Both the position numbers and the translations under genes were made by a program. A DNA stretch of 64,000 bases, taken from positions 1 through 64,000 of IMG/VR virus record IMGVR_UViG_3300045988_108820; one strand, given 5' to 3'. Positions within the stretch are counted from its first letter, which is position 1; every line of letters starts with the position of its first letter. The DNA is from a virus. The notes below the pieces were generated by a model, which worked only from the letters and a program-made list of their open reading frames with translations, searched no databases and had not been told where the DNA came from. This document shows positions 41,241 through 52,611 of the stretch, piece by piece.

Positions 41241-41769
41241 AGGATATAAAGTAGTTATATCTGAGGAAGCTTTTGCTTTAAAAGTATTTAGACAAATATG
41301 GAATAGAGATAGGAGTGTAAATAAAGATAAAGCTATTATGGAGTTAGGTTATATATACTTTATTTCAGATCCTAGAAGTGACTACCAATATATAGTAGAT
41401 GAAGAAGAGAGGTCTAAAGCTATTATTGAAGGTGAAGGATTACCAAGTAATTGGAAACCTGATAAAATAATTGTAGAAGCTATTAATTTTTATAAAAGTT
41501 TAAAATCCACCTCTGCTCTCCTATTAGAAGATACTAGAGCTGTTATAGATAATGTTAGAAAAACATTGAGAGAGTTTTCTTTTGATGATATGGAAGATAA
41601 GGATAGAGTAAATGCCATTAAAAGTGTGGCATCTACTATAGCTACTATACCTAAGTTAATTAAAGATTTAGATGAAGCAGAAAGAGCTGTTACTTCTGAA
41701 ATGCAGAATGTAACTGGTAAAGTTAGGGGACAAAAAGAAAAGTCATTATTAGAGGATGGTATATTATGA
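41221..41769 (+). CDS. hypothetical protein (182 aa)
   Basis: Intact ORF. Confidence 0.5.
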   Translation: MKLFRYEGYKVVISEEAFALKVFRQIWNRDRSVNKDKAIMELGYIYFISDPRSDYQYIVDEEERSKAIIEGEGLPSNWKPDKIIVEAINFYKSLKSTSALLLEDTRAVIDNVRKTLREFSFDDMEDKDRVNAIKSVASTIATIPKLIKDLDEAERAVTSEMQNVTGKVRGQKEKSLLEDGIL

Positions 41770-42032
41770 TGAATATAATAAATAGTATAAATAATGTATT
41801 AACAAAGGGAGAATTATTATTACATATAGAACCAACTTCCACAGCTATAAAATCTGTGTTGAAAATTAACTATAAATTGTACATTCTAACTAAAGATAAT
41901 GAATCTCCAAAAGAGATTCTTTTCTTCTCTAGTACTCTAACACCTGGGAATGTAATAAGTGATTTAGATGAATGGGCTACTCAAGAGATACTTAAATTTG
42001 TTATACATGGAGGGTTAAGAGATTATGAATAA
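41766..42032 (+). CDS. hypothetical protein (88 aa)
   Basis: Intact ORF overlapping terL by 8 nt. Confidence 0.5.
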   Translation: MMNIINSINNVLTKGELLLHIEPTSTAIKSVLKINYKLYILTKDNESPKEILFFSSTLTPGNVISDLDEWATQEILKFVIHGGLRDYE

Positions 42033-42582
42033 ATACCAAACAGAGTATTCTAAAGAATATATAGAGTCATTACCTAAAGAAGTTCAAGAACAATACTATG
42101 ACTTTATAACTAGTGTACCTTATATATCAAAGCTACTTTCTGATAATAGAAAGTATGCTAAAGATTTACCTAGAGATAATGAGGGAAAGATAATAATAGA
42201 TGTTACAGAACCACATATTTTAGAAAATACAGATTACTTTAGACCTAGTGCTATTCATTATCAACAATATGGTTGTTACACTAAATTAAAACCTAATGCT
42301 AATCCTAATAGTGAATATGGTAAATGGATTAGAGAAGAGGTTAGAAGGTGTTGGGAAGGTTATATTAGACCAGAAGATGGAGAATGGATAACAGGGGATA
42401 TGTATTTCTTTCTTAACTATTGTCCTATACAATTAATTAAAAAAGATAGTAATGGTAAGTCTATTAGAACTATTGACTTTCCTAAATTTTGGGATGGACA
42501 TTATTATAAATTTCATTATTTAAATCAATGTAGAAATGAAGGACATCATGCCGCAGAATTAGCTAGTAGAGGTAAGGGAAAA
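42025..42582 (+). CDS. terL: terminase large subunit, N-extein
   Basis: Ends ...ELASRGKGK, the first part of the Walker A P-loop. Confidence 0.8.
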
Positions 42583-43620
42583 GCACACCCTTATAGCCAA
42601 AAAATATTAACTCCTTTTGGATGGAAATACTGGGGAGACATACAAATTGGTGACTATATTTATGGAGATAATGGAGAATTAACAAAAGTAGTAGATATTC
42701 CTTATGATGAAGTGTCTGATATATACACTGTTACTTTATTAGATGGTAGAAAAGTACAATGTACAAATGGGCATTTATTTAAAGTAAAGAATCATAAAAC
42801 AAAAAGAATAGAAATAAAACCTCTAATTGAAATTATTAAAGATTACAAGAGTACTAGAAAAGTATCTAATAAAACCCCAAATGGTATAGAATATAATTAT
42901 AGAATACCAAAAATTACTAATGCTGTTTACTTCCCTTCAAAGAGAGTACCAATAGACCCTTATACTTTAGGTTTGTTACTAGGTGATGGGTGCTTTAGAG
43001 TAATCTCAGCAAAGAACTATGTACTATTTACTTGTGATAAAGAAGATTATTACACTTATGAAGAAAACATACCTTACAAGATAGATAAAGTAACAAATAA
43101 TAATTATACTCATGCTATAAGATTTTCTGTAGAACCTTTAATTAATTATAAATTATATGGATTAAAATCAGAGCATAAATTTATACCTAGAGACTACCTA
43201 GTAAATGATAGAAATGTGAGATTAGAAATACTTAGAGGACTTATGGATTCAGATGGAACAGTGGATAAAACTTCTGGTATTCCTGTCTTTAGTACTACAT
43301 CTGAGAAATTAAAGGAGGATTTTATATTCTTATGTAGGTCTCTAGGATATAATGTATCTTGTTCTTTACATGATTCAAAATTTAATAATATAACATATAA
43401 AAGTCATTATAGAATTAGAGTTATAACAAATGACCCTATCTTTAAATTAGGAAGGAAATTAAAGTTACTTAATAATTTTACTTCTAGCTATGCTAAAAGT
43501 AAGAGAGATTATACTACAATTATAGATATTCAATACTCACATAAAGAACAAGCAAAGTGTATAACAGTTAATAACGAGTCACATTGTTATATAATAGGAG
43601 ATTTTGTAGTAACTCATAAT
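42583..43620 (+). mobile_element. intein (346 aa) with LAGLIDADG endonuclease domain in the terL P-loop
   Basis: Block A AHPYSQKILTPFG (Ala1), block B TNGH, LAGLIDADG motifs YTLGLLLGDGCF and ILRGLMDSDGTV, C-terminal VVTHN followed by Ser+1. Confidence 0.8.
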
Positions 43621-45276
43621 TCATATAGTGCAGCATCAATGTTAGCTAAAAGATTTATACTAGGAGAATCTAATGATGTAAAGAAGAAAGTACAATGTGT
43701 TGCTACAGCTAGTGAGAGAAAATATATTCAAGGAGCTAACCAACTACTTGATATGTTTCAATACTACATTGATTTCTGTGCTAACAATACAGAGTTTCCT
43801 AGACAAAGAATCACTTCCTCTTTACAGAATTTAGCATGGACTATGGGCTATGTAGACTCTGAAACTAATACTAGGAGGGGAACTGAAAATAGTGTTATAG
43901 GTATTACTTCTAAGGATGATGAATCTAAGCTTAGAGGTTCTAGAGGTGTATTGTATCTTCTAGAAGAAGCAGGTTCATTTCCTAGACTATTAAATTTGTA
44001 TCAAGTGCTAAGACCATCTGTAGAAGATGGTAATAGTGTTTGGGGATTAATTTATTTATATGGTACAGCTGGTGATAGTGATTCTGACTTTAGTTCTATG
44101 CAAGAATTAATGTATAACCCTAAAGGTTATAATATTAAAGCAATAAATAATGTTTATGATAAAGAGGGTCAAGGAAGAAAGCAGTTTACATACTTTTTTC
44201 CTGGTTATATGAATAGAGCTGATTGTTATGATAAAGATGGAAATAGTGATGTCAATAAAGCCCTTATTGAAATACTTTTAGATAGGTATAAAGTAAAGTA
44301 TAATAGTACTGATATTAATGCAATTACTAAGAGAATTGCAGAAATTCCTATAACTCCACAAGAAGCTATATTAAAGACTAAAGATAATATATTCCCTATC
44401 ACAGAGTTAACTAAGAGACTTAATGAAATTGATAATAATCCTAATTTCTTTGATGATATTTATGTTGGAGATTTAGCTTTTAATAAACAAGGTAAAGTAG
44501 AGTTTAATGCTACAACTACAGACACTCCTATAAGAGACTTTCCTACTAAAGATAATAAAGTACAAGGAGCAATAGAAATATATGAAATGCCCCAAGAGAT
44601 ACATGGTAAAGTTCCTAATGAAAGATATATTTTATCACTAGATAACTATGAAAATGATCAAGCCCAATCAATGTCATTGGGTAGTGTATTTGTGCTAGAT
44701 CTATGGACTGATAGAATTGTAGCAGAATATACAGGAAGACCTATGTTTGTTGATGATTTAAATGAAATATGTAGAAAGTTATGTTTATTTTATAATGGTA
44801 AAGTGATGGTAGAAAATAATAAGAAAAATACCTTTGCCTACTTTAGTAAAATGAATAGTTTACATCTAATGGCTGATACTCCAGAATATCTTAAGAATAA
44901 ACAAATATTAAAAGTCAACACATTTGGTAATGCAAGTAAGGGATGTCCTGCTACAGTACCTGTGATTAATTTTTCTATGGAAAGATTAAGAGATTGGCTA
45001 CTAAAACCTGTAACTGTAACAGAAGAATCTAATGGGGAATCAATATCTACTACAATCCCCAATCTACACTTTCTAAAGAATAGAGCTTTAATTAAAGAAT
45101 TAATGCTTTATAATCCTGCTATTAATGTAGATAGAATTATGTCTATGTGTCAACTCATGTTATATAGAGAAGAAAAGATGATTCTTTATCAAGGAGAACC
45201 TAGAAGAGCAGAGAAAAGAATTGATTCTACTTATCTAGGAAATGATCCATTCTTTAATAAAAACTATAAACAGTAA
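43621..45276 (+). CDS. terL: terminase large subunit, C-extein
   Basis: Starts SYSAASM, so splicing gives RGKGK|SYS. Walker B VLYLLEEAG; nuclease half downstream. Confidence 0.8.
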   Translation, partial: SYSAASMLAKRFILGESNDVKKKVQCVATASERKYIQGANQLLDMFQYYIDFCANNTEFPRQRITSSLQNLAWTMGYVDSETNTRRGTENSVIGITSKDDESKLRGSRGVLYLLEEAGSFPRLLNLYQVLRPSVEDGNSVWGLIYLYGTAGDSDSDFSSMQELMYNPKGYNIKAINNVYDKEGQGRKQFTYFFPGYMNRADCYDKDGNSDVNKALIEILLDRYKVKYNSTDINAITKRIAEIPITPQEAILKTKDNIFPITELTKRLNEIDNNPNFFDDIYVGDLAFNKQGKVEFNATTTDTPIRDFPTKDNKVQGAIEIYEMPQEIHGKVPNERYILSLDNYENDQAQSMSLGSVFVLDLWTDRIVAEYTGRPMFVDDLNEICRKLCLFYNGKVMVENNKKNTFAYFSKMNSLHLMADTPEYLKNKQILKVNTFGNASKGCPATVPVINFSMERLRDWLLKPVTVTEESNGESISTTIPNLHFLKNRALIKELMLYNPAINVDRIMSMCQLMLYREEKMILYQGEPRRAEKRIDSTYLGNDPFFNKNYKQ

Positions 45277-45298
45277 ATTTAGTAGAAAGTAGTAAATA

Positions 45299-45333
45299 AT
45301 TCACTTAGATTATTGTCTGAGTGAATTTTTTTA
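45299..45333 (+). terminator. rho-independent terminator after terL
   Basis: 11-bp stem ATTCACTTAGA/TCTGAGTGAAT plus a T7 run. Confidence 0.65.
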
Positions 45334-45343
45334 TATAACTTTG
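45312..45343 (+). promoter_or_regulatory. candidate promoter for the portal gene
   Basis: TAACTTTG (45336-43) fits TAnnTTTG, with ATTG 20 nt upstream. Confidence 0.4.
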
Positions 45344-45365
45344 TGAAGTTAAATAAATAAGAATT

Positions 45366-47774
45366 ATGAGTGAATTTTTGCAATTTCCACCTCAGCAACT
45401 TCCTATGAGTAAGAAGACAAAGAAATGGAGAAAGCAGATTCTTGATTGGGGTTCTAATAGGGCTACTATCAGTAGTTCATTAGTTAGGAAAAGTGTAATA
45501 CATAAAAAGATTAATTATGATCTACTCAATGGTATAATACACCTTAATGATATGATGACTATAATTAATCCAGATAATATACAAGCACAGTTTATTCCTA
45601 ATAAAATTCAACATTACCCTATTATGAATTCTAAACTCAATGTCTTGAGAGGTGAAGAGTCTAAAAGGGTCTTTGACTTTAGAGTTGTTATCACCAACCC
45701 TAATTCCATCTCAGAAATTGAGAATAATAAGAAGCAAGCTTTACTCCAAGATATACAACAAGCAGTTGCTGATGAGTCACAATCAGAGGAAGAATTTAAT
45801 GCTAGATTAGAGAAACTGAATGATTATTATACATTTGAATGGCAAGATATGAGAGAAGTAAGAGCCAATGCTTTACTTAATCATTATGCTAAGGAGTATA
45901 ATATGCCCCTTATATTTAATAAGGGATTCATGGATGCTATGACAGTTGCTGAAGAAATTTATCAATGTGATATTGTAGGAGGTGAACCTGTTATTGAAAA
46001 GCTTAATCCAAATAAAGTTAGAATTTATAAATCAGGATATTCTAATAGAATAGAAGATGCTGATGTTATTGTAGTGGAAGACTACTGGAGTCCTGGCAGA
46101 ATAATTGATACCTATTATGATGTATTATCTAATAAAGATAGAGAATATATAGAAAATTTACCAGATTCTACAGGAGAAAGTGGAAGTGAATCTACTTACT
46201 TTTCTAACCCTAGAAATGAATTTATTAGGGTAGAAGATACATCACTTGGAGATGCTGTCTATAAAGATGGTTTCTTCTGGTCTCCAACAGGAGAAGGAAA
46301 TAGTTCCATGAATTCTATGTTACCTTATGATATAGAAGGTAATATCAGAGTAGTTAGAATGTTTTGGAAATCTAGAAGGAGAATTAAGAAAATTAAATAT
46401 TATGATGAGAATGGTGAAGAACAGTTTAAGTTTAGAGATGAAAACTATGTAGTCAACACTGATTTAGGAGAAGAAGAACAAATACTTTATGTTAATGAAG
46501 CTTGGGAAGGTACTAAGATAGGTGAAGATATCTATGTTAATATGAGACCAAGAGTAGTTCAATATAATAGATTAAGTAATCCTTCAAGATGTCACTTTGG
46601 TATCATAGGTTCTATTTATAATCTTAATGACGATAGACCTTTTTCATTAGTGGATATGATGAAACCTTTTAACTATCTCTATGATGCTATCCATGATAGA
46701 TTAAATAAGTTATTAGCTAAAAACTGGGGTAGAATAGTAACTCTAGATTTAGCTAAAGTTCCTACTGGATGGGATGTAGAGAAATGGCTCTATTTTGCAA
46801 AGACAAATAACATTGCAGTAGTAGATAGTTTCAAAGAAGGTAATATTGGTGCAGCTACAGGTAAGTTAGCTGGTGCTATGAATAATGCTTCTAGTGGAGT
46901 TATTGATGCTGAGCTTGGTAATTCTATACAACAGAATATTAATTTACTTGAGTTTATCAAGATGGAAATGTCTGATGTAGCAGGTATTTCTAAGCAAAGA
47001 GAAGGTCAGATTTCAAATAGAGAAACTGTAGGTGGTGTAGAAAGAGCTACATTACAATCTTCACATATTACTGAGTGGCTATTTGTAATCCATGAGGATG
47101 TTAAGAAAAGGGCTTTAGAGTGCTTTCTTGAGACAGCTAAGATAGCTCTTAGAGGTAGAAGTAAGAAGTTCCAATATATTCTTTCTGATGGCTCTATGAA
47201 GGTTATGGATATTGATGGTGATGAATTTGCTGAGGCTGATTATGGTCTTGTGGTTGATAATAGTAATGCTATACAAGAGTTACAACAAAAGATGGATATG
47301 CTAGCTCAGGCAGCCCTACAAAATCAAACATTAAATTTCTCTACTATTATGAAACTATATAATAGTTGTTCTATGGCTGAGAAGCAGAGAATAGTTGAAA
47401 GAAATGAACAAGAACTGATACAAAGACAGCAAGAAGCACAACAGCAACAGCTTCAACAGCAGCAACAACAAGCTGAAATGGAAGCCCAAGCTAAGGAACA
47501 AGAGATGCAGTTGAAAGATACAATGAATCAAAGGGATAATGAAACTAAGATTCTAGTAGCTACAATATCTGCTAACTCAAATCAAGAAAGTGATGATGGT
47601 GTTCAAGAACAACCATTTTCAGAGGAAGCTAGAGCTAATCTACTTGAGAAGATGAGACAATTTGATCAAAAAATGAAATTAGATAGAGAAAAACTAGAAT
47701 TGGATAAATATAAGTCTAGAGAGGATATTAGACTAAAAGAAAAATCATTAAATAAGAAAACTAATATTAAATAA
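45366..47774 (+). CDS. portal protein
   Basis: 802 aa immediately after terL; Gln/Glu-rich coiled C-terminus. Assigned by size and position, not verified by a motif. Confidence 0.65.
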   Translation: MSEFLQFPPQQLPMSKKTKKWRKQILDWGSNRATISSSLVRKSVIHKKINYDLLNGIIHLNDMMTIINPDNIQAQFIPNKIQHYPIMNSKLNVLRGEESKRVFDFRVVITNPNSISEIENNKKQALLQDIQQAVADESQSEEEFNARLEKLNDYYTFEWQDMREVRANALLNHYAKEYNMPLIFNKGFMDAMTVAEEIYQCDIVGGEPVIEKLNPNKVRIYKSGYSNRIEDADVIVVEDYWSPGRIIDTYYDVLSNKDREYIENLPDSTGESGSESTYFSNPRNEFIRVEDTSLGDAVYKDGFFWSPTGEGNSSMNSMLPYDIEGNIRVVRMFWKSRRRIKKIKYYDENGEEQFKFRDENYVVNTDLGEEEQILYVNEAWEGTKIGEDIYVNMRPRVVQYNRLSNPSRCHFGIIGSIYNLNDDRPFSLVDMMKPFNYLYDAIHDRLNKLLAKNWGRIVTLDLAKVPTGWDVEKWLYFAKTNNIAVVDSFKEGNIGAATGKLAGAMNNASSGVIDAELGNSIQQNINLLEFIKMEMSDVAGISKQREGQISNRETVGGVERATLQSSHITEWLFVIHEDVKKRALECFLETAKIALRGRSKKFQYILSDGSMKVMDIDGDEFAEADYGLVVDNSNAIQELQQKMDMLAQAALQNQTLNFSTIMKLYNSCSMAEKQRIVERNEQELIQRQQEAQQQQLQQQQQQAEMEAQAKEQEMQLKDTMNQRDNETKILVATISANSNQESDDGVQEQPFSEEARANLLEKMRQFDQKMKLDREKLELDKYKSREDIRLKEKSLNKKTNIK

Positions 47775-47775
47775 T

Positions 47776-48399
47776 ATGAGAAAATTTGCAGGAATTATTG
47801 AATCTACAACAGTAGCTCCTCCTACTAATTGTTTATGGATTAAAGGTAATGATGCTTTATATTTTACTAATGGTAAATGGGTATCTCTTTTAGCTGAAGA
47901 CAGTGCAGATAGAATAGAGCTTGAAACTAAAGTAGATGATTTAGATAAAGAGGTTGGACAAATTAAGAAAGATTTATCTGTTTTTGGTTCAGAACAGGGT
48001 GTAGTAGAATTAGCTATAGGCAATACTCCAGAAATAAAGGCAGCTAACTTAGATAAATTAAAGACTATTCAATCTAATGACCATACATTTTTCACTGATA
48101 TTAACTATGGTTATGGTACTGCATCTTGGTTACCTACTACAGGAGGTAATGCTCTTATTATAACTAACGAAGGTCATGCAGTTAAATATTCTATAGCTGC
48201 TGATGGTGAAGTTACTAAATTAAGTGAATTTACTTTAGGGGAATATACTTTACCTAAAGCTACTAAAACTACATTGGGAGGTATTAAAGCTATTATTAAT
48301 GTAGCTAATCTGGCTGAGGATGCTACTATTGCACAAGTTGTAGGAGCAGTTAATACATTATTAGGACAATTTAGAAATTGTGGTTTAATACAATTGTAA
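47776..48399 (+). CDS. putative fibre protein (207 aa)
   Basis: Short coiled coil (IELETKVDDLDKEVGQIKKDL) and a PKATKTTLGGIKA motif typical of phage fibre repeats. Confidence 0.4.
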   Translation: MRKFAGIIESTTVAPPTNCLWIKGNDALYFTNGKWVSLLAEDSADRIELETKVDDLDKEVGQIKKDLSVFGSEQGVVELAIGNTPEIKAANLDKLKTIQSNDHTFFTDINYGYGTASWLPTTGGNALIITNEGHAVKYSIAADGEVTKLSEFTLGEYTLPKATKTTLGGIKAIINVANLAEDATIAQVVGAVNTLLGQFRNCGLIQL

Positions 48400-48403
48400 T
48401 ATT

Positions 48404-51400
48404 ATGTTTTTTACTAGAGAAGATATAGAAAAAATTCACCAAGGCTTATTAAGATCTGGTATTAAAGACAGTGAATTACCAGAAACTATTAATGTTAATA
48501 GTGATGATACTTTAGCTGTGGTTCAAGATGGTAAAAATAAAAAGATTAATATTGAAGAATTCCTTAATAATATATCTCTTTTTAAGAAAGAAGGCTTTAT
48601 CAATATTACTGATAGATTTAACAAACATTCAATGTCATTAATGGAGGCTATTCAAACTGTACCAACTCATCAGAGAATAGATGGTTTGGTTATTACATTT
48701 GAGGATATTAATGGAGATTGGAGAATCTATCAGTTTAGAGGAGATGCAGTAGATTTCTTTGCTGAAAATAAATGGACTGATTTATATGACTATACTAATT
48801 ATATAGTAAAATCTATTACTCCAGATGAAGAAGATTTAACAGTATCTAAACCTGATAAAAATGGTAATGCTATAGTATCTTTAAAGGATAGAGCTTATGA
48901 TGAACCAAACTTTAGTGGGAAAGGTTATACGATACTTAGAAAGAATATTCAAACAATAGATGGGGTTAGAGGGAATATTCTTACTGACGATATGATAGAT
49001 GAATTTAATACTATATATGAAATTAGATATGACTTTGATTTAAATGGTAAGGAGATTACTATACCAAGAAATTGTGTATTAAAATTCAATGGAGGTAGTT
49101 TAAACAATGGTATTATAAATGGAAATTATGCAGAAATAGAAGCTGAAGCCTTAGATAATGTTCTTATTAATATAAAATACACTTCTCCTGTAAATTTTAA
49201 TAAACTCTATACTTATTATATTATTCCTAAAGTATGGGGTATTATTGAGGGATACATAGAGAAGGGAGAAGATGGACATTATACAGAAGAACAATATGAT
49301 ATAATGTATAATAATGGAGTAGGATTTACTAAAGCTATTGAATATGCCTCTAATAAGGGATTTAATAAAGTAGTATTTCCTAAAGGTAAATATTGTTTTA
49401 CACCATTTGACTCTGTTGTTAAATTTAGAAATTCTAACAGTATTTGGATTCATGATTTATATAATTTTGATATAGATTTAAATAGTTCAGAATTATATTT
49501 TCTAATAGATAGTACACAAAAAAGTAAATATGTTACTTTCAATTATGGTTCCATTTATGACATAAGAGGTAATTTAATAGGAATTACTACTTGCGAAAAT
49601 CTTAATATTCATAATGGAGTTATAATAGGAGATAGGCTTATTAGAACTTATACTAATAAAAATGAAAAAGGGGTTGAACAAACTTATGGTATAGTAGTAA
49701 GTGGCATTAATATTAATATTAAAATAAATGATATTGATGTTAGTAACTTTATGGGGGATGGTATTGCAGCCTTTATGAATAATATGGTACAAGTAGATTA
49801 TAAAGTAAATACTCTATCTAAGAGTACTGACAACTTACTTAGGAAAAAGTCTGAGAAACTGTATTATATTCTGAATGGTCAAATTGCTACCAATATTAAT
49901 TTAACATTTAAACAAGTAGGTTCTTCAATTACTGATTTTATAGATACAGATTCCTTAATTACTAATAATTATTTGAAACATAACCTGCTTAAAAGATATA
50001 GGAAGTCTTTTAGACTTGCTGGTAATGGAGGTTATACAAGATTAGCTAATTGCTATTGCCCTAATATAGATGTACTCGTATATGATAGTAATGCGGAAGA
50101 TGCTAAAGTTATTAGAATTATCCCGTGCTCTTTTCTTGAAGATTTTCAATTATATGAATATGAAAGATATATAAAATTACAGTTTATAAAAGATTTCGAT
50201 ATTCCTGATGAAGGAATTACAAGTAATCTTGTGGTTACTGTGAAAGGAGCTGATGGATTAACTATTAAAAATTGTTATATTCACAATAATCATAGAGGAA
50301 ATTTTACTGGAAGTATAAATAATACTACTATTAGAAAATGTATATTTGAAAAAGCTCTTACTTACAATCAAGATGTAGGTATTATAGATTACCCAGATAG
50401 TACTAATTATCATATAGATATTGAAGATTCTTTTTGTCGTAAAGTTACTATACATGATTGTGATTTTATAGGAATTGCTAAAGCAGAATTACTTTTCGGA
50501 TGCTATGATTTATCTTTTTATAATAATAGATGTAATCAGATGCCGACTATTTATAATAATATTAGTACTAATATTTATAATAATATATTTAAAAAAGGAT
50601 CAATCTTTGGGTTAGGTGTAAAAATATTTACAGAGGGAACTATAGGTGGAAGAAATAAATTACAAAGGTGTATTAATATACATGATAACTATATATATAG
50701 TTTAAACTTAAACACTGTATCATTGGATTTTATAAAAAACACAACTGTGTTATTTAACAATAACACGGGAGTTGTAAAAAGCTTTACTACTTATAACTTT
50801 AGTTCAACGGTAGAATCAGTTGCAAAATATATATTAGAAAATAATAATTTTATAGCTACAAATAATTATTTTTTCTTCTGTGACGATAACTATACAACTA
50901 TCATTACTCTTGGAAAGTGGGTAAATAATTTCTTTCTTAATAAGTTTGGAAATTTTGATAGGTATCAGTTTATAATAACTGCTGGGGATTTTATTGACAA
51001 TGTTGTTGACCTTACAGATTGTAGGATAAAATTAGGAGAATTTAGAAACAATACAATTACAAGACAAAAGTTCATTGGTTATTCTGAACTAGTAAGAAAC
51101 GCTGAAAATGACTATATGTATAAAAGTTTTAGTAACCTTGTTATAAAAAATTTACAGATAGACCCTCAGAGTAATATACCTAGTAACTCTGTTATAGAAT
51201 TTATAGACTGTGATATTACAATAAGTATTGATTATACATATCTACTAAGAAATGATAATACAACCCTTATATTTAATAGATGTAATTTCAATACAGATAA
51301 ATCTTATATTGTTAGAAATAGTATAAAGAAAGATGTAAACTGTAGATTAATTTTAAAAGATTGTACTCTTAATAATAAACCATGGTCTACTGATGTAGTA

Positions 51401-51562
51401 TTTGTATCAGGTGAGAAAAATCCAGTATGTATAAAAAGAGGGTCTTCTACTCAAAGACCTTTATATGCAGAAGATGACTTCTTATATTATGATACTACTT
51501 TAAAAAAGTATATAAGATGGAATGGAGAAGAGTGGGTTAATTCTGATGGAACAACATTATAA
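48404..51562 (+). CDS. tail spike/fibre with beta-helix (pectin-lyase-like) repeats
   Basis: 1052 aa with Asn/Ile-rich periodic repeats (IHNGVIIGD, IKNCYIHNNHRGN, IHDCDFIG). C-terminal FLYYDTTLKKYIRWNGEEWVNSDG motif, common at fibre termini. Confidence 0.55.
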   Translation: MFFTREDIEKIHQGLLRSGIKDSELPETINVNSDDTLAVVQDGKNKKINIEEFLNNISLFKKEGFINITDRFNKHSMSLMEAIQTVPTHQRIDGLVITFEDINGDWRIYQFRGDAVDFFAENKWTDLYDYTNYIVKSITPDEEDLTVSKPDKNGNAIVSLKDRAYDEPNFSGKGYTILRKNIQTIDGVRGNILTDDMIDEFNTIYEIRYDFDLNGKEITIPRNCVLKFNGGSLNNGIINGNYAEIEAEALDNVLINIKYTSPVNFNKLYTYYIIPKVWGIIEGYIEKGEDGHYTEEQYDIMYNNGVGFTKAIEYASNKGFNKVVFPKGKYCFTPFDSVVKFRNSNSIWIHDLYNFDIDLNSSELYFLIDSTQKSKYVTFNYGSIYDIRGNLIGITTCENLNIHNGVIIGDRLIRTYTNKNEKGVEQTYGIVVSGININIKINDIDVSNFMGDGIAAFMNNMVQVDYKVNTLSKSTDNLLRKKSEKLYYILNGQIATNINLTFKQVGSSITDFIDTDSLITNNYLKHNLLKRYRKSFRLAGNGGYTRLANCYCPNIDVLVYDSNAEDAKVIRIIPCSFLEDFQLYEYERYIKLQFIKDFDIPDEGITSNLVVTVKGADGLTIKNCYIHNNHRGNFTGSINNTTIRKCIFEKALTYNQDVGIIDYPDSTNYHIDIEDSFCRKVTIHDCDFIGIAKAELLFGCYDLSFYNNRCNQMPTIYNNISTNIYNNIFKKGSIFGLGVKIFTEGTIGGRNKLQRCINIHDNYIYSLNLNTVSLDFIKNTTVLFNNNTGVVKSFTTYNFSSTVESVAKYILENNNFIATNNYFFFCDDNYTTIITLGKWVNNFFLNKFGNFDRYQFIITAGDFIDNVVDLTDCRIKLGEFRNNTITRQKFIGYSELVRNAENDYMYKSFSNLVIKNLQIDPQSNIPSNSVIEFIDCDITISIDYTYLLRNDNTTLIFNRCNFNTDKSYIVRNSIKKDVNCRLILKDCTLNNKPWSTDVVFVSGEKNPVCIKRGSSTQRPLYAEDDFLYYDTTLKKYIRWNGEEWVNSDGTTL

Positions 51563-51800
51563 TATATAGATTTAAGAAATTATGTTTAAAAGCTTAAATT
51601 ATAAATATAATAAAATGAATAGAAGAAAAGTATAGTAGAAAGGCAGTTTGAACCTATAAATTTGACTTAATTAATTATACTAACAATATTATTCTGTCAG
51701 GAGTTAAGTCAAGAGAAGACATAACTAAGTACAAAGACTATCTTGACAAAGTGAAAATAAAAGAAAAAAGTACCAAAAGTTCTTGGTAAATAAATATAAT

Positions 51801-51835
51801 CTACTTACACTCTTGTGTAAGTGGATTATTTATTA
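51801..51835 (+). terminator. hairpin (terminator-like) built from an inverted pair of the ACTTACA core
   Basis: 10-bp stem CTACTTACAC-TCTT-GTGTAAGTGG followed by T-rich sequence; 24 nt upstream of ATG 51848. Confidence 0.45.
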
Positions 51836-51847
51836 TATATTTGCAGT

Positions 51848-52240
51848 ATGAAAAGATTAGTATTTATTGTAATAACTATCTTATTATTTTCAGCATGTAG
51901 AACCATTACAAAAACTATAGAAGTTCCTGTTGAAATACCTGTAGAAGTTGTAAAGAAGGAATATATACATGATACTAAAATAGATAGTATATATATCAGA
52001 GATAGTATTGATAGATGGCAAAAAGGTGATACCTTATATATTACTAAATGGCATACAAAGTTCAAGTATATAAATAAGGTAGATACTATAGTTAAGACTG
52101 ACTCTATTCCAAAGATAGTGCCAGTAGTGAAGGAAGTAGAAGTAAACCACATCTATTGGTGGCAAAAGACCTTAATGTGGGCAGGGGGTATATTATCAAT
52201 TTGTATAATAATCTCTTTAATTTATAATTTTAAAAAATAA
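51848..52240 (+). CDS. lipoprotein with C-terminal TM helix (u-spanin-like)
   Basis: Start moved to MKRLVFIVITILLFSAC (lipobox LFSAC); C-terminal TM TLMWAGGILSICIIISLIY. Confidence 0.5.
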   Translation: MKRLVFIVITILLFSACRTITKTIEVPVEIPVEVVKKEYIHDTKIDSIYIRDSIDRWQKGDTLYITKWHTKFKYINKVDTIVKTDSIPKIVPVVKEVEVNHIYWWQKTLMWAGGILSICIIISLIYNFKK

Positions 52241-52611
52241 TGATTGATGTTGATATATTAATAACAGGAGGAGTTGGATTAGTAACAAGTGCAGTTTCTA
52301 GTTGGACAGCTTGGTTTTTTGCAAGAAAGAAATATAATTCAGAGGTAGATTTAAATCTTGTAGAAAAGATGGAGAAGTCATTAGAATTTTATAGAAATCT
52401 TTCAGATGATAATAAAGCAAGACTTGAAGAGATAACAGAGAGGAATAATGAACTTGAGAAAGAAGTTGCAGAATTAAGGAAGCAAGTTCTTAATCTTACT
52501 ATGAATATATGTATGGATTTAACTTGTTCTCACAGAATTAAAGAAATAACTAAGAGAAATGGGAAAAATAAAAGTAGGCTCGATGAAACAACTAGCCCTA
52601 GTAGAGGGTGA
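52240..52611 (+). CDS. N-terminal TM plus coiled-coil protein (i-spanin- or holin-like)
   Basis: TM helix ILITGGVGLVTSAVSSWTAWFFA, then coiled coil KARLEEITERNNELEKEVAELRKQVLNL. Confidence 0.45.
   Translation: MIDVDILITGGVGLVTSAVSSWTAWFFARKKYNSEVDLNLVEKMEKSLEFYRNLSDDNKARLEEITERNNELEKEVAELRKQVLNLTMNICMDLTCSHRIKEITKRNGKNKSRLDETTSPSRG

Noticed and set aside
47400-47530. CAA/CAG-rich repeat (poly-Gln) near the portal C-terminus
   Set aside because: This is a simple low-complexity coding repeat within an intact ORF, not a CRISPR or regulatory repeat.
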